Source of the DNA: a virus
DNA: 64,000 bases
Strand: one strand, 5' to 3'
Virus record (IMG/VR): IMGVR_UViG_3300032797_000632
Coordinates: 62,142-126,141 of that record
Made by a program: the position numbers and the translations under genes. The notes beneath the pieces were generated by a model. That model was given only the letters and a program-made list of their open reading frames with translations, was not told the DNA's origin and searched no databases. Shown in pieces: positions 39,203 through 47,044 of the stretch. Numbering within the stretch: position 1 is the first letter of the stretch; each line of letters starts with the position of its first letter.

Positions 39203-39598
39203 ATGTCGCATATGTCCAAGATTGGTGAAATCAAGGTGCGGAACATCGAGGCCCTGAAATCCGCCTGCAGAAAGATGGGGCTTGAGTTCTGCGAGGGGCA
39301 AAAGAACGCCCGGTACCACGGGAGCGAGTCCCAGTGTAGTCACGCCATCCGGGTCCCGGGATGCTCCAACGAGATCGGCGTGGTGGAGGGCCAGAAGGGC
39401 GAGTTCCATTTCGAATGCGACTTCTGGGGAGAGGGCAGGAAGCTGGCCGAGAAATGCGGGAAGGACCTTGGGCTTTTGAGCCAGCAATACAACATGGAAG
39501 TTGCCCGGGCGACCCTGCGGATGAAAGGCATGAACCAGCCGGTGGAGAGCCAGGTGGAGGGCGGGATCCGGCGGTTCAAAATCAATGTCGAGGCATAA
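39203..39598 (+). CDS. DUF1257-like protein
   Basis: MSHMSKI..VRNIEALKSAC...IGV...DFW...QQY; follows the Ycf46-like ATPase. Confidence 0.7.
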   Translation: MSHMSKIGEIKVRNIEALKSACRKMGLEFCEGQKNARYHGSESQCSHAIRVPGCSNEIGVVEGQKGEFHFECDFWGEGRKLAEKCGKDLGLLSQQYNMEVARATLRMKGMNQPVESQVEGGIRRFKINVEA

Positions 39599-39613
39599 GA
39601 AAGGAGAACGCCA

Positions 39614-39811
39614 ATGGCGGAGATAATAATGGATTTTATGCCCGACGGGACCGTGCAGGTTAAGACGCAGGGTTTCAAGGGCAAAAAGTGCCTCGAGGCC
39701 ACCAAGGCCCTCGAGGAGGCCCTCGGGGGCGAGGTCGAGCGGAAGGCGACGGCAGAGATGCACCTGCCGGATGTCCCCCGGGAAAAGGTGAGTGCCCGGA
39801 CCGATGGTTGA
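39614..39811 (+). CDS. DUF2997-like protein
   Basis: PDGTV.VKTQGFKGKKCLEATKALEEALG. Confidence 0.75.
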   Translation: MAEIIMDFMPDGTVQVKTQGFKGKKCLEATKALEEALGGEVERKATAEMHLPDVPREKVSARTDG

Positions 39812-40001
39812 GCCCCGGGAGGAAACGCCCGTCCAGGTGCGGGAGATCGAGATTCGGTTCCTGCCGGACGGAACGGTTGAAACGGACTGGTGGACCCCCG
39901 AGGCCGGCGACATCCTCTGCGGGATCTGCGGTGGGTGCCCCGGGCACCGGTCGCCAGATGTGGATAGGCGGTGCCCGGCGGGAAACCCGTGGTGCGGTTG
40001 A
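39804..40001 (+). CDS. Small Cys-rich protein
   Basis: CGICGGC...C...WCG; N-terminus resembles the DUF2997 start. Confidence 0.45.
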   Translation: MVEPREETPVQVREIEIRFLPDGTVETDWWTPEAGDILCGICGGCPGHRSPDVDRRCPAGNPWCG

Positions 40002-40030
40002 GAACGAGACAAGAAAGGAGCTGACATAAC

Positions 40031-40933
40031 ATGGCGAATTTGAAGATCAAGGATGGAGTGGTGATCAGCTTGCACATCGGATATTGGCAGGGCCGGAAGG
40101 CTCTCAGGGCCGGGGACCTTGGTCTGACCGAGGATCAGGTCCCCGACATCTACCAGCTCGGGCAAAAGATGCTGATCCCCATCGAGGAGCGGAACGCATT
40201 CCGGGCGATCGAGACCCGGGCCCGGATGAAGCTGGAAAATTATTCTTTCAAGTTCTTTGTCGGGTCGGCGTCGAGGTTCGTCCCGATCAAAAGCCTCGGC
40301 AGGGTGCTCGACGAGCTGAAGGGCCACGAGGCGGAGTTCAACGAGGCGGTGGAGGACATCCTCTCCCGCTACGACCAGATCCGCCGGGAGATGCTCGAGA
40401 AATATTCCGACCTTCGGGACAAGCTCGAGCCGTTCTACCCCTCCCCGCAAACCCTGCGGAGGAAATACTACTTCCGGTGGTCCACCTTTCAGGTGACGAC
40501 CCCCAACGGCGAGGAGGCGGTGCCCGAGGCCCTGGCCGAGGAGTACGCCCGGTTCCGGGATTCCCTTCGGAAGGAGATGGAGGGGTTCCTCGACGAGGCC
40601 GTGGCCGAGCTGCGGGGCCAGGTGGTGGAGAAGGTCGAGCCCCTGCTCAAGCGGATCGAGTCCGGGGATATCATCCGGGACCAGACCCTCCAGTCCATCC
40701 GCGGGGTCTGCGATAAATTCGAGATGCTCAACTTCGCCGGGGACAAAACCGTCGAGCAGGCCCTTGCCCGGCTGCGGGGTGCGATCAACGGGGCGAAGGG
40801 CGAGGACACGAAGTCCGACGACCTCAAGGGCAGGATAGGTGCCGCCGCCGAGGCGGTGCTCAAGGCGGCGTCCACGGATTCGGACATCTCCAAGGTGACC
40901 GGGCGGTACAAACGGGCCATCTGGATGGATTAG
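40031..40933 (+). CDS. DUF3150-like protein
   Basis: LHIGYWQGRKAL...LGQKMLI...RFVP...YPSP pattern. Confidence 0.65.
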   Translation: MANLKIKDGVVISLHIGYWQGRKALRAGDLGLTEDQVPDIYQLGQKMLIPIEERNAFRAIETRARMKLENYSFKFFVGSASRFVPIKSLGRVLDELKGHEAEFNEAVEDILSRYDQIRREMLEKYSDLRDKLEPFYPSPQTLRRKYYFRWSTFQVTTPNGEEAVPEALAEEYARFRDSLRKEMEGFLDEAVAELRGQVVEKVEPLLKRIESGDIIRDQTLQSIRGVCDKFEMLNFAGDKTVEQALARLRGAINGAKGEDTKSDDLKGRIGAAAEAVLKAASTDSDISKVTGRYKRAIWMD

Positions 40934-40944
40934 GAGGGCGAGCC

Positions 40945-41814
40945 ATGTCGTTCAAAGATGCGGCGGAGAAAATATTGAGGAGGGCGAAAAAGGCCCTGCA
41001 TTACGAGGAGATCACGAGGCTTGCCATCAAGGGAAGGCTGATCGACAGCTCCGGGAGAACCCCGGGAGCGACGATGATCGCCCGCCTGGGGGTCGATGTG
41101 AATACCCTCAAGGGGCGGTCAAGGTTCGTCAAGGTGGCGCCCGGGGTTTTCGGGATCAACCCCCACCCATCCCCCTTGCCATCCCGTCCGAGGAAGGGAT
41201 CGGCCATCGGGAAGCCCGGGAGGATAGGGTTTGACGACAAGCCGGTGGACTGGAACGAGGTGATCGAATATCTGCAAAGGGCTTGCAAAAAGGAGGCGGA
41301 GAAAAACGGAAGGGACGATGAATTGCGGGAGGAGCTTTTCTCCGAGCTTCTAGAGGTTGCGGGCAAGGTGCATAACAACCACCGGGAAATGGCCACGAAG
41401 GACCCCCAGCGATTCTGGAGGATTATCAAATCGGCGGTTTATTATCACGGTTTGAGATTCATAAGGAAGCGTCGCCGAATGCGGTCAATGGAGATCATCC
41501 CGAGGGGCGGGGATGCCACGCTCGTGCTCGACTGCAACTTGTTCGCCACCGATGTGCCGGAGGTGCAGGCCATGCTCGAGGCCCGGGAGGCGCGGGAGGA
41601 GGCGAATGCGAGGCTGCGGAAGGTGCCGAGGGTGATCGTCCGCCGGAAAAGCAAGTATCATCGGCTGGCCGACGAGGAATGCCTAAAGAACAATAAAAGA
41701 TTGAAGGCCATCAGGATTCCCGAGGATTCCCCGGTTTTTCATCCGGTAAAGTATCCATCCGGGATGAGCGCCCTTTGGGGAAGCGTCGCCGATGCGGTTC
41801 CGGCTGCACCATAG
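40945..41814 (+). CDS. HARE-HTH protein with sigma region-2-like segment
   Basis: MSFKDAAEKIL...LHY.EI...GRTPGATM...RFVKVAPGVFG; later REELFSEL...FWRIIKSAV...FIRKRRR. Confidence 0.6.
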   Translation: MSFKDAAEKILRRAKKALHYEEITRLAIKGRLIDSSGRTPGATMIARLGVDVNTLKGRSRFVKVAPGVFGINPHPSPLPSRPRKGSAIGKPGRIGFDDKPVDWNEVIEYLQRACKKEAEKNGRDDELREELFSELLEVAGKVHNNHREMATKDPQRFWRIIKSAVYYHGLRFIRKRRRMRSMEIIPRGGDATLVLDCNLFATDVPEVQAMLEAREAREEANARLRKVPRVIVRRKSKYHRLADEECLKNNKRLKAIRIPEDSPVFHPVKYPSGMSALWGSVADAVPAAP

Positions 41815-41866
41815 GGAGGGAAGATACGGTTTTGAAAAAACCCGAGAGGGAAGGAGGCAAGAGACG

Positions 41867-43012
41867 ATGGAAGACAAGAACAAGCAGAAGGACGATGGGC
41901 CGGGGGAGGCGATCGAGCTGGCGAAGCTGTATCCGCCGAGCAAGTACAACCTGCTTCTGCCGACCCGGACGATCCAGGAGCAGCTCTCCCCGCTCCACAA
42001 GCCGAAGCTGGAGATCGTCCAGCTGACGGAGGCGGAGATCTACGAGGTGAGCCCTGGGTCGGGGGCGTATGCGGTTCACAAGAACGGCCTGCAGAAGTTC
42101 GGGGCGGCGGTCGGGGTCAACTGGCCGGGGGACAAGAACAAGCTGATCAGCGACGACAGCATCCGGGTCGTGTTCCAGGCCACCGGGGAATGCCGGCGGA
42201 ACGACGGGACTTGGCAGGAGTACAGCCGGACCTACTGCCTCGACCTCCAGCAGGTCGAGGACGAGACCCGGAAGAAGTACACCGAAAAGGCGGCCAAGGC
42301 CCTCGCCAAGAAGGGTGGCGATCTCCCCGCCGGGCTGACCGAGGACACCCGGGAGATCTGGATCGAAAAGCAGACGGCGAGGGATGTCGCACAGAAGCGG
42401 AAGTTCCGGGTCCAGCTCGCCGAGAGCGGGGCCATGAACCGGGTCATCCTCGACATCCTCACCATGAAGGGCGGGTACAAGAAGGACCAGATTCTCAAGC
42501 CGTTCGTCCTGCCCCGGATCATTTTCAGCCCGGACTTCGCCGCCAACCCCGAGGCGAGGCAGATTCTGATCTCCGAGGCCGTCAAGGCCGGCGGGGCCCT
42601 CTACGGGGGGCGCACGGAGACCCACCGGGCCCTCCCGGTATCCTCGGCGATCACCATCCCGGCGGAGGCCACGCAGCCCGGGGAAAACGGGGATGGCAAC
42701 GGTGCCCCGCCCGCCGATGCGGGGGAGGCGAAGACCGCCCCGGCTCCGGCACCGGCACCCGCACCCGCAAAGGAGACTGCCCCGGCCCCGGATCCCGCAC
42801 CGGACCCGAAGCCGGCGGAGCCGACCCTCGAGGAGCGGTTCCCGAAGATGAACGCCAAGGACCAGGCGGACGCCATCAGGAAGCTGGTCAAGGAGGTCGA
42901 CTGGATGAAGCCTTTCAAGCCGGACATCGAGAAATGGAAACCCGAGCACCGGACGGAGTTCTTCGGGGTGCTCATGGATCTGAAGAAAAAGCGGGACGAG
43001 AAACCGTATTAG
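41867..43012 (+). CDS. Putative recombination/strand-annealing protein with Pro-Ala linker
   Basis: Upstream of sbcD; QLAESGAMNRVI motif; APAPAP linker. Confidence 0.45.
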   Translation: MEDKNKQKDDGPGEAIELAKLYPPSKYNLLLPTRTIQEQLSPLHKPKLEIVQLTEAEIYEVSPGSGAYAVHKNGLQKFGAAVGVNWPGDKNKLISDDSIRVVFQATGECRRNDGTWQEYSRTYCLDLQQVEDETRKKYTEKAAKALAKKGGDLPAGLTEDTREIWIEKQTARDVAQKRKFRVQLAESGAMNRVILDILTMKGGYKKDQILKPFVLPRIIFSPDFAANPEARQILISEAVKAGGALYGGRTETHRALPVSSAITIPAEATQPGENGDGNGAPPADAGEAKTAPAPAPAPAPAKETAPAPDPAPDPKPAEPTLEERFPKMNAKDQADAIRKLVKEVDWMKPFKPDIEKWKPEHRTEFFGVLMDLKKKRDEKPY

Positions 43013-43018
43013 GAGGCC

Positions 43019-43091
43019 GGACCCGTAGCTCAATTGGCGGAGCCACCGGCTCATAACCGGACGGGTGGAGGTTCGAATCCTCCCGGGTCCA
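43019..43091 (+). tRNA. tRNA with CAT anticodon (Ile2-like, otherwise elongator Met); CCA not encoded
   Basis: Acceptor GGACCCG/CGGGTCC, D arm GCTC/GAGC, loop CTCATAA, T loop TTCGAAT. Confidence 0.88.
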
Positions 43092-43111
43092 TCATCTGCG
43101 AGGAGGGGTGA

Positions 43112-44362
43112 ATGATCACTATTCTGCATACGGGAGATTGGCATTACCGCGCCAAGTGGCTGGAGGAGATCCACAAGAACGCCTCGTTTGTGGCCGGGCA
43201 CGCCGGGGAGGCGGACATCGCCATCCTAGACGGGGACCTCTACGATGGCCCCATGCCCCACGACTCTGGGCCGGTGGCCCTGGCGATCGAGGCCGTCCAA
43301 GCGATGGCCAACCTAGCCCCGGTGCTGGCCATCAGGGGCACTTATACCCATGACCGGGGGCAAATGCACCTCCTGGGCAAGATCAGGGCAAACTGGCCGA
43401 TCCTGGTCGTGGACAAGCCCATTCTGGTCGCCCTTATTGATGGCGACCTGGTTCCGCTCCCCTTGGGGGCGGAAATACCCCGGGGTGCCTCGCTGGTGGT
43501 GGGATGCCTGCCGGAGCCCCCGCGCCTGCTGGAGAGGGAGCACGCAGACGGAATGGTGCAGGCCATCTGCTCCGGATTCCGGGCTGCGTCGCAGGGGTTT
43601 CCGTTCGTGGTGGCCGGCCACCTGGGGGTGACGGGCTCGACCCTCTCGAACCAGAGCCCGCTCGGGCAGTGGGTGTCCCGGGCGTGCCTCGAGTCGGCGG
43701 AGGCCCCGGTCCTGCTGGGGCACATCCACCACCCGCAGAAAATGGCGAATAGCCAGATCATTTATTGCGGGTCTCCGTCCATCCTGGATTTCGGGGAGGT
43801 CCACGAGCACGGGTTTTATATGCACACGATGGAGCACGGGGGAAATGGAGACGCCCCGGCCAAATGGTTCTCGTCCACATTTGTGGAAACCCCGCACCGG
43901 AGGGTCGTCGAGATCGGGTGGGAAACAAGGCCCAAGGAGAAGCCGGGCATCGGACCGCCGTACTATGTGAAAGGCGCCAAGGTGCAGAGCTCGTCTCCGA
44001 AGGCATGCACGAAGGAGGGGGAGCTGTTTTCCGCGGACCCGTCCGACATCGTCGATCTGATCTCCCGGGTCGACTGCCGGGACATGCTGGCCCGGGTCCG
44101 GGTCGGGATCGCCAGCCCGGATCCCGACCTTCGCCCGCGGATCGAGCGGGCCTTGCGGGAGGTCGGTGCCTACGACATCAAGGTGGACATCCTGCGGGAC
44201 GAGGAGGTCCATGTCCGGTTCGAGGATGTGGCCAAGGCCCGGAGTTTGCGGGACAAGATCGTGGCCGTCCGCCCGGAGACGGTTCCGGCGATTTTGGGAA
44301 AGGCCGAGCAACTCGAGACGATCCCGGAGGAAAAGCTGATGGAGGAGGTGGCAAATTTATAA
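43112..44362 (+). CDS. sbcD: SbcD/Mre11-like metallophosphoesterase nuclease
   Basis: ILHTGDWH, GDLYD, GTxTHD, GH, LGHIH, YCGSP...FGE. Confidence 0.88.
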   Translation: MITILHTGDWHYRAKWLEEIHKNASFVAGHAGEADIAILDGDLYDGPMPHDSGPVALAIEAVQAMANLAPVLAIRGTYTHDRGQMHLLGKIRANWPILVVDKPILVALIDGDLVPLPLGAEIPRGASLVVGCLPEPPRLLEREHADGMVQAICSGFRAASQGFPFVVAGHLGVTGSTLSNQSPLGQWVSRACLESAEAPVLLGHIHHPQKMANSQIIYCGSPSILDFGEVHEHGFYMHTMEHGGNGDAPAKWFSSTFVETPHRRVVEIGWETRPKEKPGIGPPYYVKGAKVQSSSPKACTKEGELFSADPSDIVDLISRVDCRDMLARVRVGIASPDPDLRPRIERALREVGAYDIKVDILRDEEVHVRFEDVAKARSLRDKIVAVRPETVPAILGKAEQLETIPEEKLMEEVANL

Positions 44363-44368
44363 AAATAT

Positions 44369-44432
44369 GGTGAGTTCAGGTGAGGTTCGGCGTGTTAGGG
44401 TCAAGTGAAGTTTGTTTTGGTCTGGTTTTTTG
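44369..44432 (+). ncRNA. Solo GGY-NN pentamer unit (degenerate) upstream of RAMP gene 1
   Basis: 12 in-phase pentamers, 7 of them canonical GGY-NN, ending GGTCT GGTTT TTT. Confidence 0.6.
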
Positions 44433-44474
44433 AATATGCACCATAGGTGGAGAGGAAAAAGAAAGGAGGAGAGA

Positions 44475-45053
44475 ATGGAATATTTGGCAAGATTGAGGTC
44501 GAGAGGACCATCGTCATTCTTGTTTGATGGCTGGAGAAAAGAGCTCCACAAAGAGATGAAAGATTTGAGGGGGGTCCGACTCGTTAAATGGCAGGAAGCC
44601 AACTGGCGGAGGTGGGCGATACTGAACGAGAAGGGAAAAGTCATCCTGCCGGCGAATATGTTCAAGCTCGCTTTTCATGAGGCATGCAGGCATTTACGGC
44701 GGGATCTGTCTTTTGTCAAGGGGAAAAAACAAGCAATTCGTATTATTGACCCCAAATATACCTCGACGATGGATTTCCGCGACTCCACCTTCTCCTGCGA
44801 TGTAAAACAACTGAAAATGTGGAATATGTGCATGTGCTGTATCTCGATGATAGACGGGGAAATTCCTGCCGGAAAACTGAGGCCGATACTCGAAAGATGG
44901 AAAACAGACATAAAAATATCCGATCCGCTCGGGAAACTGAAGACGCAGGAGATTGCGGACATGCTTAATTTCGCCGGAAGATTTGTCGGAGTGGGCAGTG
45001 GTCGGTGGCAGGGCATGGGTAGTTTCGAATTAGAGTTTATTAAAAGAATTTAA
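44475..45053 (+). CDS. Single-domain RAMP/Cas7-like protein 1 (Vipr-like)
   Basis: N-terminal strand YLARLRS, GKVILPANMFK, LRPILERW, Gly-rich loop AGRFVGVGSGRWQGMGSF; AGGAGG RBS. Confidence 0.75.
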   Translation: MEYLARLRSRGPSSFLFDGWRKELHKEMKDLRGVRLVKWQEANWRRWAILNEKGKVILPANMFKLAFHEACRHLRRDLSFVKGKKQAIRIIDPKYTSTMDFRDSTFSCDVKQLKMWNMCMCCISMIDGEIPAGKLRPILERWKTDIKISDPLGKLKTQEIADMLNFAGRFVGVGSGRWQGMGSFELEFIKRI

Positions 45054-45065
45054 CAGACCTTCTGT

Positions 45066-45125
45066 GGTTAGGTAAGGTACGGTATGGTAGTGCCTGATGA
45101 GGTGAGGTAAGTTTCGGTTTTGTTA
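45066..45125 (+). ncRNA. Solo GGY-NN pentamer unit upstream of RAMP gene 2
   Basis: 11 in-phase pentamers, 8 canonical, ending GGTTT TGTTAA. Confidence 0.65.
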
Positions 45126-45145
45126 ACCAAGAGAGGAGAACGAGC

Positions 45146-45715
45146 ATGAAAAAGTATCTGGTGAAATTGAAGTCGGTGACCGAGCTGGTGGCGAACACGC
45201 CCCAAAAGGAGATATTTGACGAGCTTAAGGCGTTGCCCAAGGACCAGCTCAACGAGTGGGAGGAGAATGAGAAGAACTGGCGGAGAAAGGCGGAGCGGGA
45301 TAAAAAGGGCAATGTCATATTGCCCCCGAGGTGGTTCAAGACCTCCTTTACCGACGCCTGCAAATACACGAGGATGGTTCCCCATTTCGCCACCAGCAAG
45401 AAGGAGACATACACGAGGTACTCCGATTCCTTGATCTTCTCGGACACTACCTTCCTCTGCAGCATGGAAAGCACGAAATACTACGGGGCGTTCGTCGGTG
45501 CCCAGGGCAAGAATAGCAAGACCAAGAGGTGGTGCGTGAGGCCGATGGTTGAGAAGTGGGAGACGGACCTGACCATCATCGATCCCTTCGGCAGAATGAA
45601 GATTGAGGAGCTTCAGGAGCTTCTCGAATACTCCGGGATGTTGCTCGGGGTGGGAGACGCCAGAAAGCTGAATTACGGAAGGTTCAAGGTGGTGTCCATC
45701 AAGGAGATCAAATAG
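45146..45715 (+). CDS. Single-domain RAMP/Cas7-like protein 2 (Vipr-like)
   Basis: YLVKLKSVTEL, GNVILPPRWFK, VRPMVEKW, Gly-rich loop SGMLLGVGDARKLNYGRF; paralogue of 44475. Confidence 0.8.
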   Translation: MKKYLVKLKSVTELVANTPQKEIFDELKALPKDQLNEWEENEKNWRRKAERDKKGNVILPPRWFKTSFTDACKYTRMVPHFATSKKETYTRYSDSLIFSDTTFLCSMESTKYYGAFVGAQGKNSKTKRWCVRPMVEKWETDLTIIDPFGRMKIEELQELLEYSGMLLGVGDARKLNYGRFKVVSIKEIK

Positions 45716-45729
45716 GGATTTGCAATTAA

Positions 45730-45774
45730 ATGGCCCGGGGGTGGGGTTTAATCCCATCCCCATCCCTGGGCCAT
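45730..45774 (+). other. 17-bp RNA hairpin between RAMP gene 2 and the accessory ORF
   Basis: ATGGCCCGGGGGTGGGG pairs with CCCCATCCCTGGGCCAT (2 G-U pairs), 11-nt loop, no U tract. Confidence 0.6.
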
Positions 45775-45799
45775 GCTCTAAAAAGAAGGAGGGGGAAAG

Positions 45800-46084
45800 A
45801 TGCCAGAGAAGAAAATCGCAACGACGAACAAAGAGGAGATCCAGCAACTTGGATTGAGGGCGATCGCAGAGTTCTTTCAGATTGACATCTCAAAGCTGTC
45901 GAACGAGGACCGCAAGTTCCTGCACGAGAAGGCCAAAATCGGAATGCAGTTCGAGCGGGAAATGAACCTTACCAAGCGGGCGGTTGAGATGAATTACCTG
46001 CGGGTCTTCAAGCTGTATGCGGCGGACAAAAAGGAGCTGAGGTCGTTAATAAAAAAGTCCTTGTCGCAATACCTGCCGAAGTGA
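45800..46084 (+). CDS. 94-aa helical accessory protein of the repeat cassette
   Basis: AAGGAGG RBS; stop codon abuts the array. Confidence 0.7.
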   Translation: MPEKKIATTNKEEIQQLGLRAIAEFFQIDISKLSNEDRKFLHEKAKIGMQFEREMNLTKRAVEMNYLRVFKLYAADKKELRSLIKKSLSQYLPK

Positions 46085-46086
46085 TC

Positions 46087-47011
46087 GGCGAGGTGAAGTA
46101 ATTGGGTTGGGTACGGCAAGGTTCGGTCAGGTCGGGTTTGGTTCGGCCAGGTCAGGTTTGGTCCGGCAAGGTTCGGTTTGGTTTTTATTTTAATGGGGGC
46201 CTGGCGAATTAGAATTTGATACTTGGGCGAGGTCAGGCGAGGTTGGGTTGGGTAAGGTCTGATAAGGTAAGGTTGGGTCAGGTAAGTTCTGGTTTGGTTT
46301 TTATTTAAACGGGGAGGGAGAACACAGGATTTGAATGTTTTAGGTGAGGTGATGTGTGGCGAGGCATCGTCAGGTCTGGTCAGGTATGGTAAGGTCTGGT
46401 TTTTATTATGATGGGGGAGGGACAAAAAATATAATTGCGGTGTTGAATTTCGGTGAGGTACGGTCCCGTCTGGTTCGGTACCGTTCGGTCCGGTATGGCA
46501 AGTTTTGGTTAGGTTGGGTAGGGTTTGGTGCGGCAAGGTTTGGTTTTTATTTAAACGGGAGCAGGGCTGGGAATGAAATTATATTTTCGGTGAGGTGCGG
46601 TATGGTTTGGTAGGGTGCGGTCTGGTCCGGCATAGTTTGGTAAGGCATGGTTTGGTTTTTATTTAAACGGGGGGAGGAAAATAGAATTTTAATATGCGGA
46701 AAAATCTGGCCTGGCCGGGTGGGGTACGGCATGGTTCGGTGCGGTTTGGTCGGGTTCGGCAAGGTTAGGTCGGGTGAGGTCTGGTCTGGTTTTATTTTAA
46801 GCGGGGGATAGAGAGGAAAGAAATTGCATTAAATAAGATCCGGTATGGTACGGTCTGGTCGGATCAGGTTGTCTTTTGGTTAGGTCAGGTTTGGTGTGGT
46901 ACGGTTTGATTTTTTATTTGAATGGGGATGAAAAAAAGTGTCGTTGCTATGCGGTAAGGCAGGGCAAGGTCAGGTTTGGTCCGGTGCGGTAAGGTTTGGT
47001 TTTTATTTAAA
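46087..47011 (+). repeat. Array of eight GGY-NN pentamer units (putative guide-RNA array)
   Basis: Units at 46105, 46226, 46343, 46452, 46589, 46708, 46842 and 46953 with 16, 15, 12, 19, 14, 17, about 14 and 10 pentamers; each ends in a GGTTTTTATTTAA-like tail, usually followed by a G run and an AT-rich linker. Confidence 0.92.
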
Positions 47012-47044
47012 GATGCACCATAGAGAACGAGGAGGAGAACGAGA

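Noticed and set aside
42730-42815. GCACCG-type repeats
   Set aside because: They encode an ordinary Ala-Pro linker
44475-45715. Classical type I, III or IV CRISPR-Cas operon
   Set aside because: No large subunit, Cas5, Cas6, helicase, nuclease or adaptation gene is recognisable nearby
46105-47002. Telomere-like or G-quadruplex function as the sole explanation
   Set aside because: GG tracts could form weak two-tier quadruplexes, but this does not explain the fixed pyrimidine, strict phase, conserved tails or linkage to RAMP genes
46087-47011. CRISPR array, TIGR array or simple microsatellite
   Set aside because: No constant 25-45 nt repeat alternating with unique spacers, no box C/D-like layout or Nop-domain gene, and neighbouring pentamers are mostly non-identical, unlike slippage repeats
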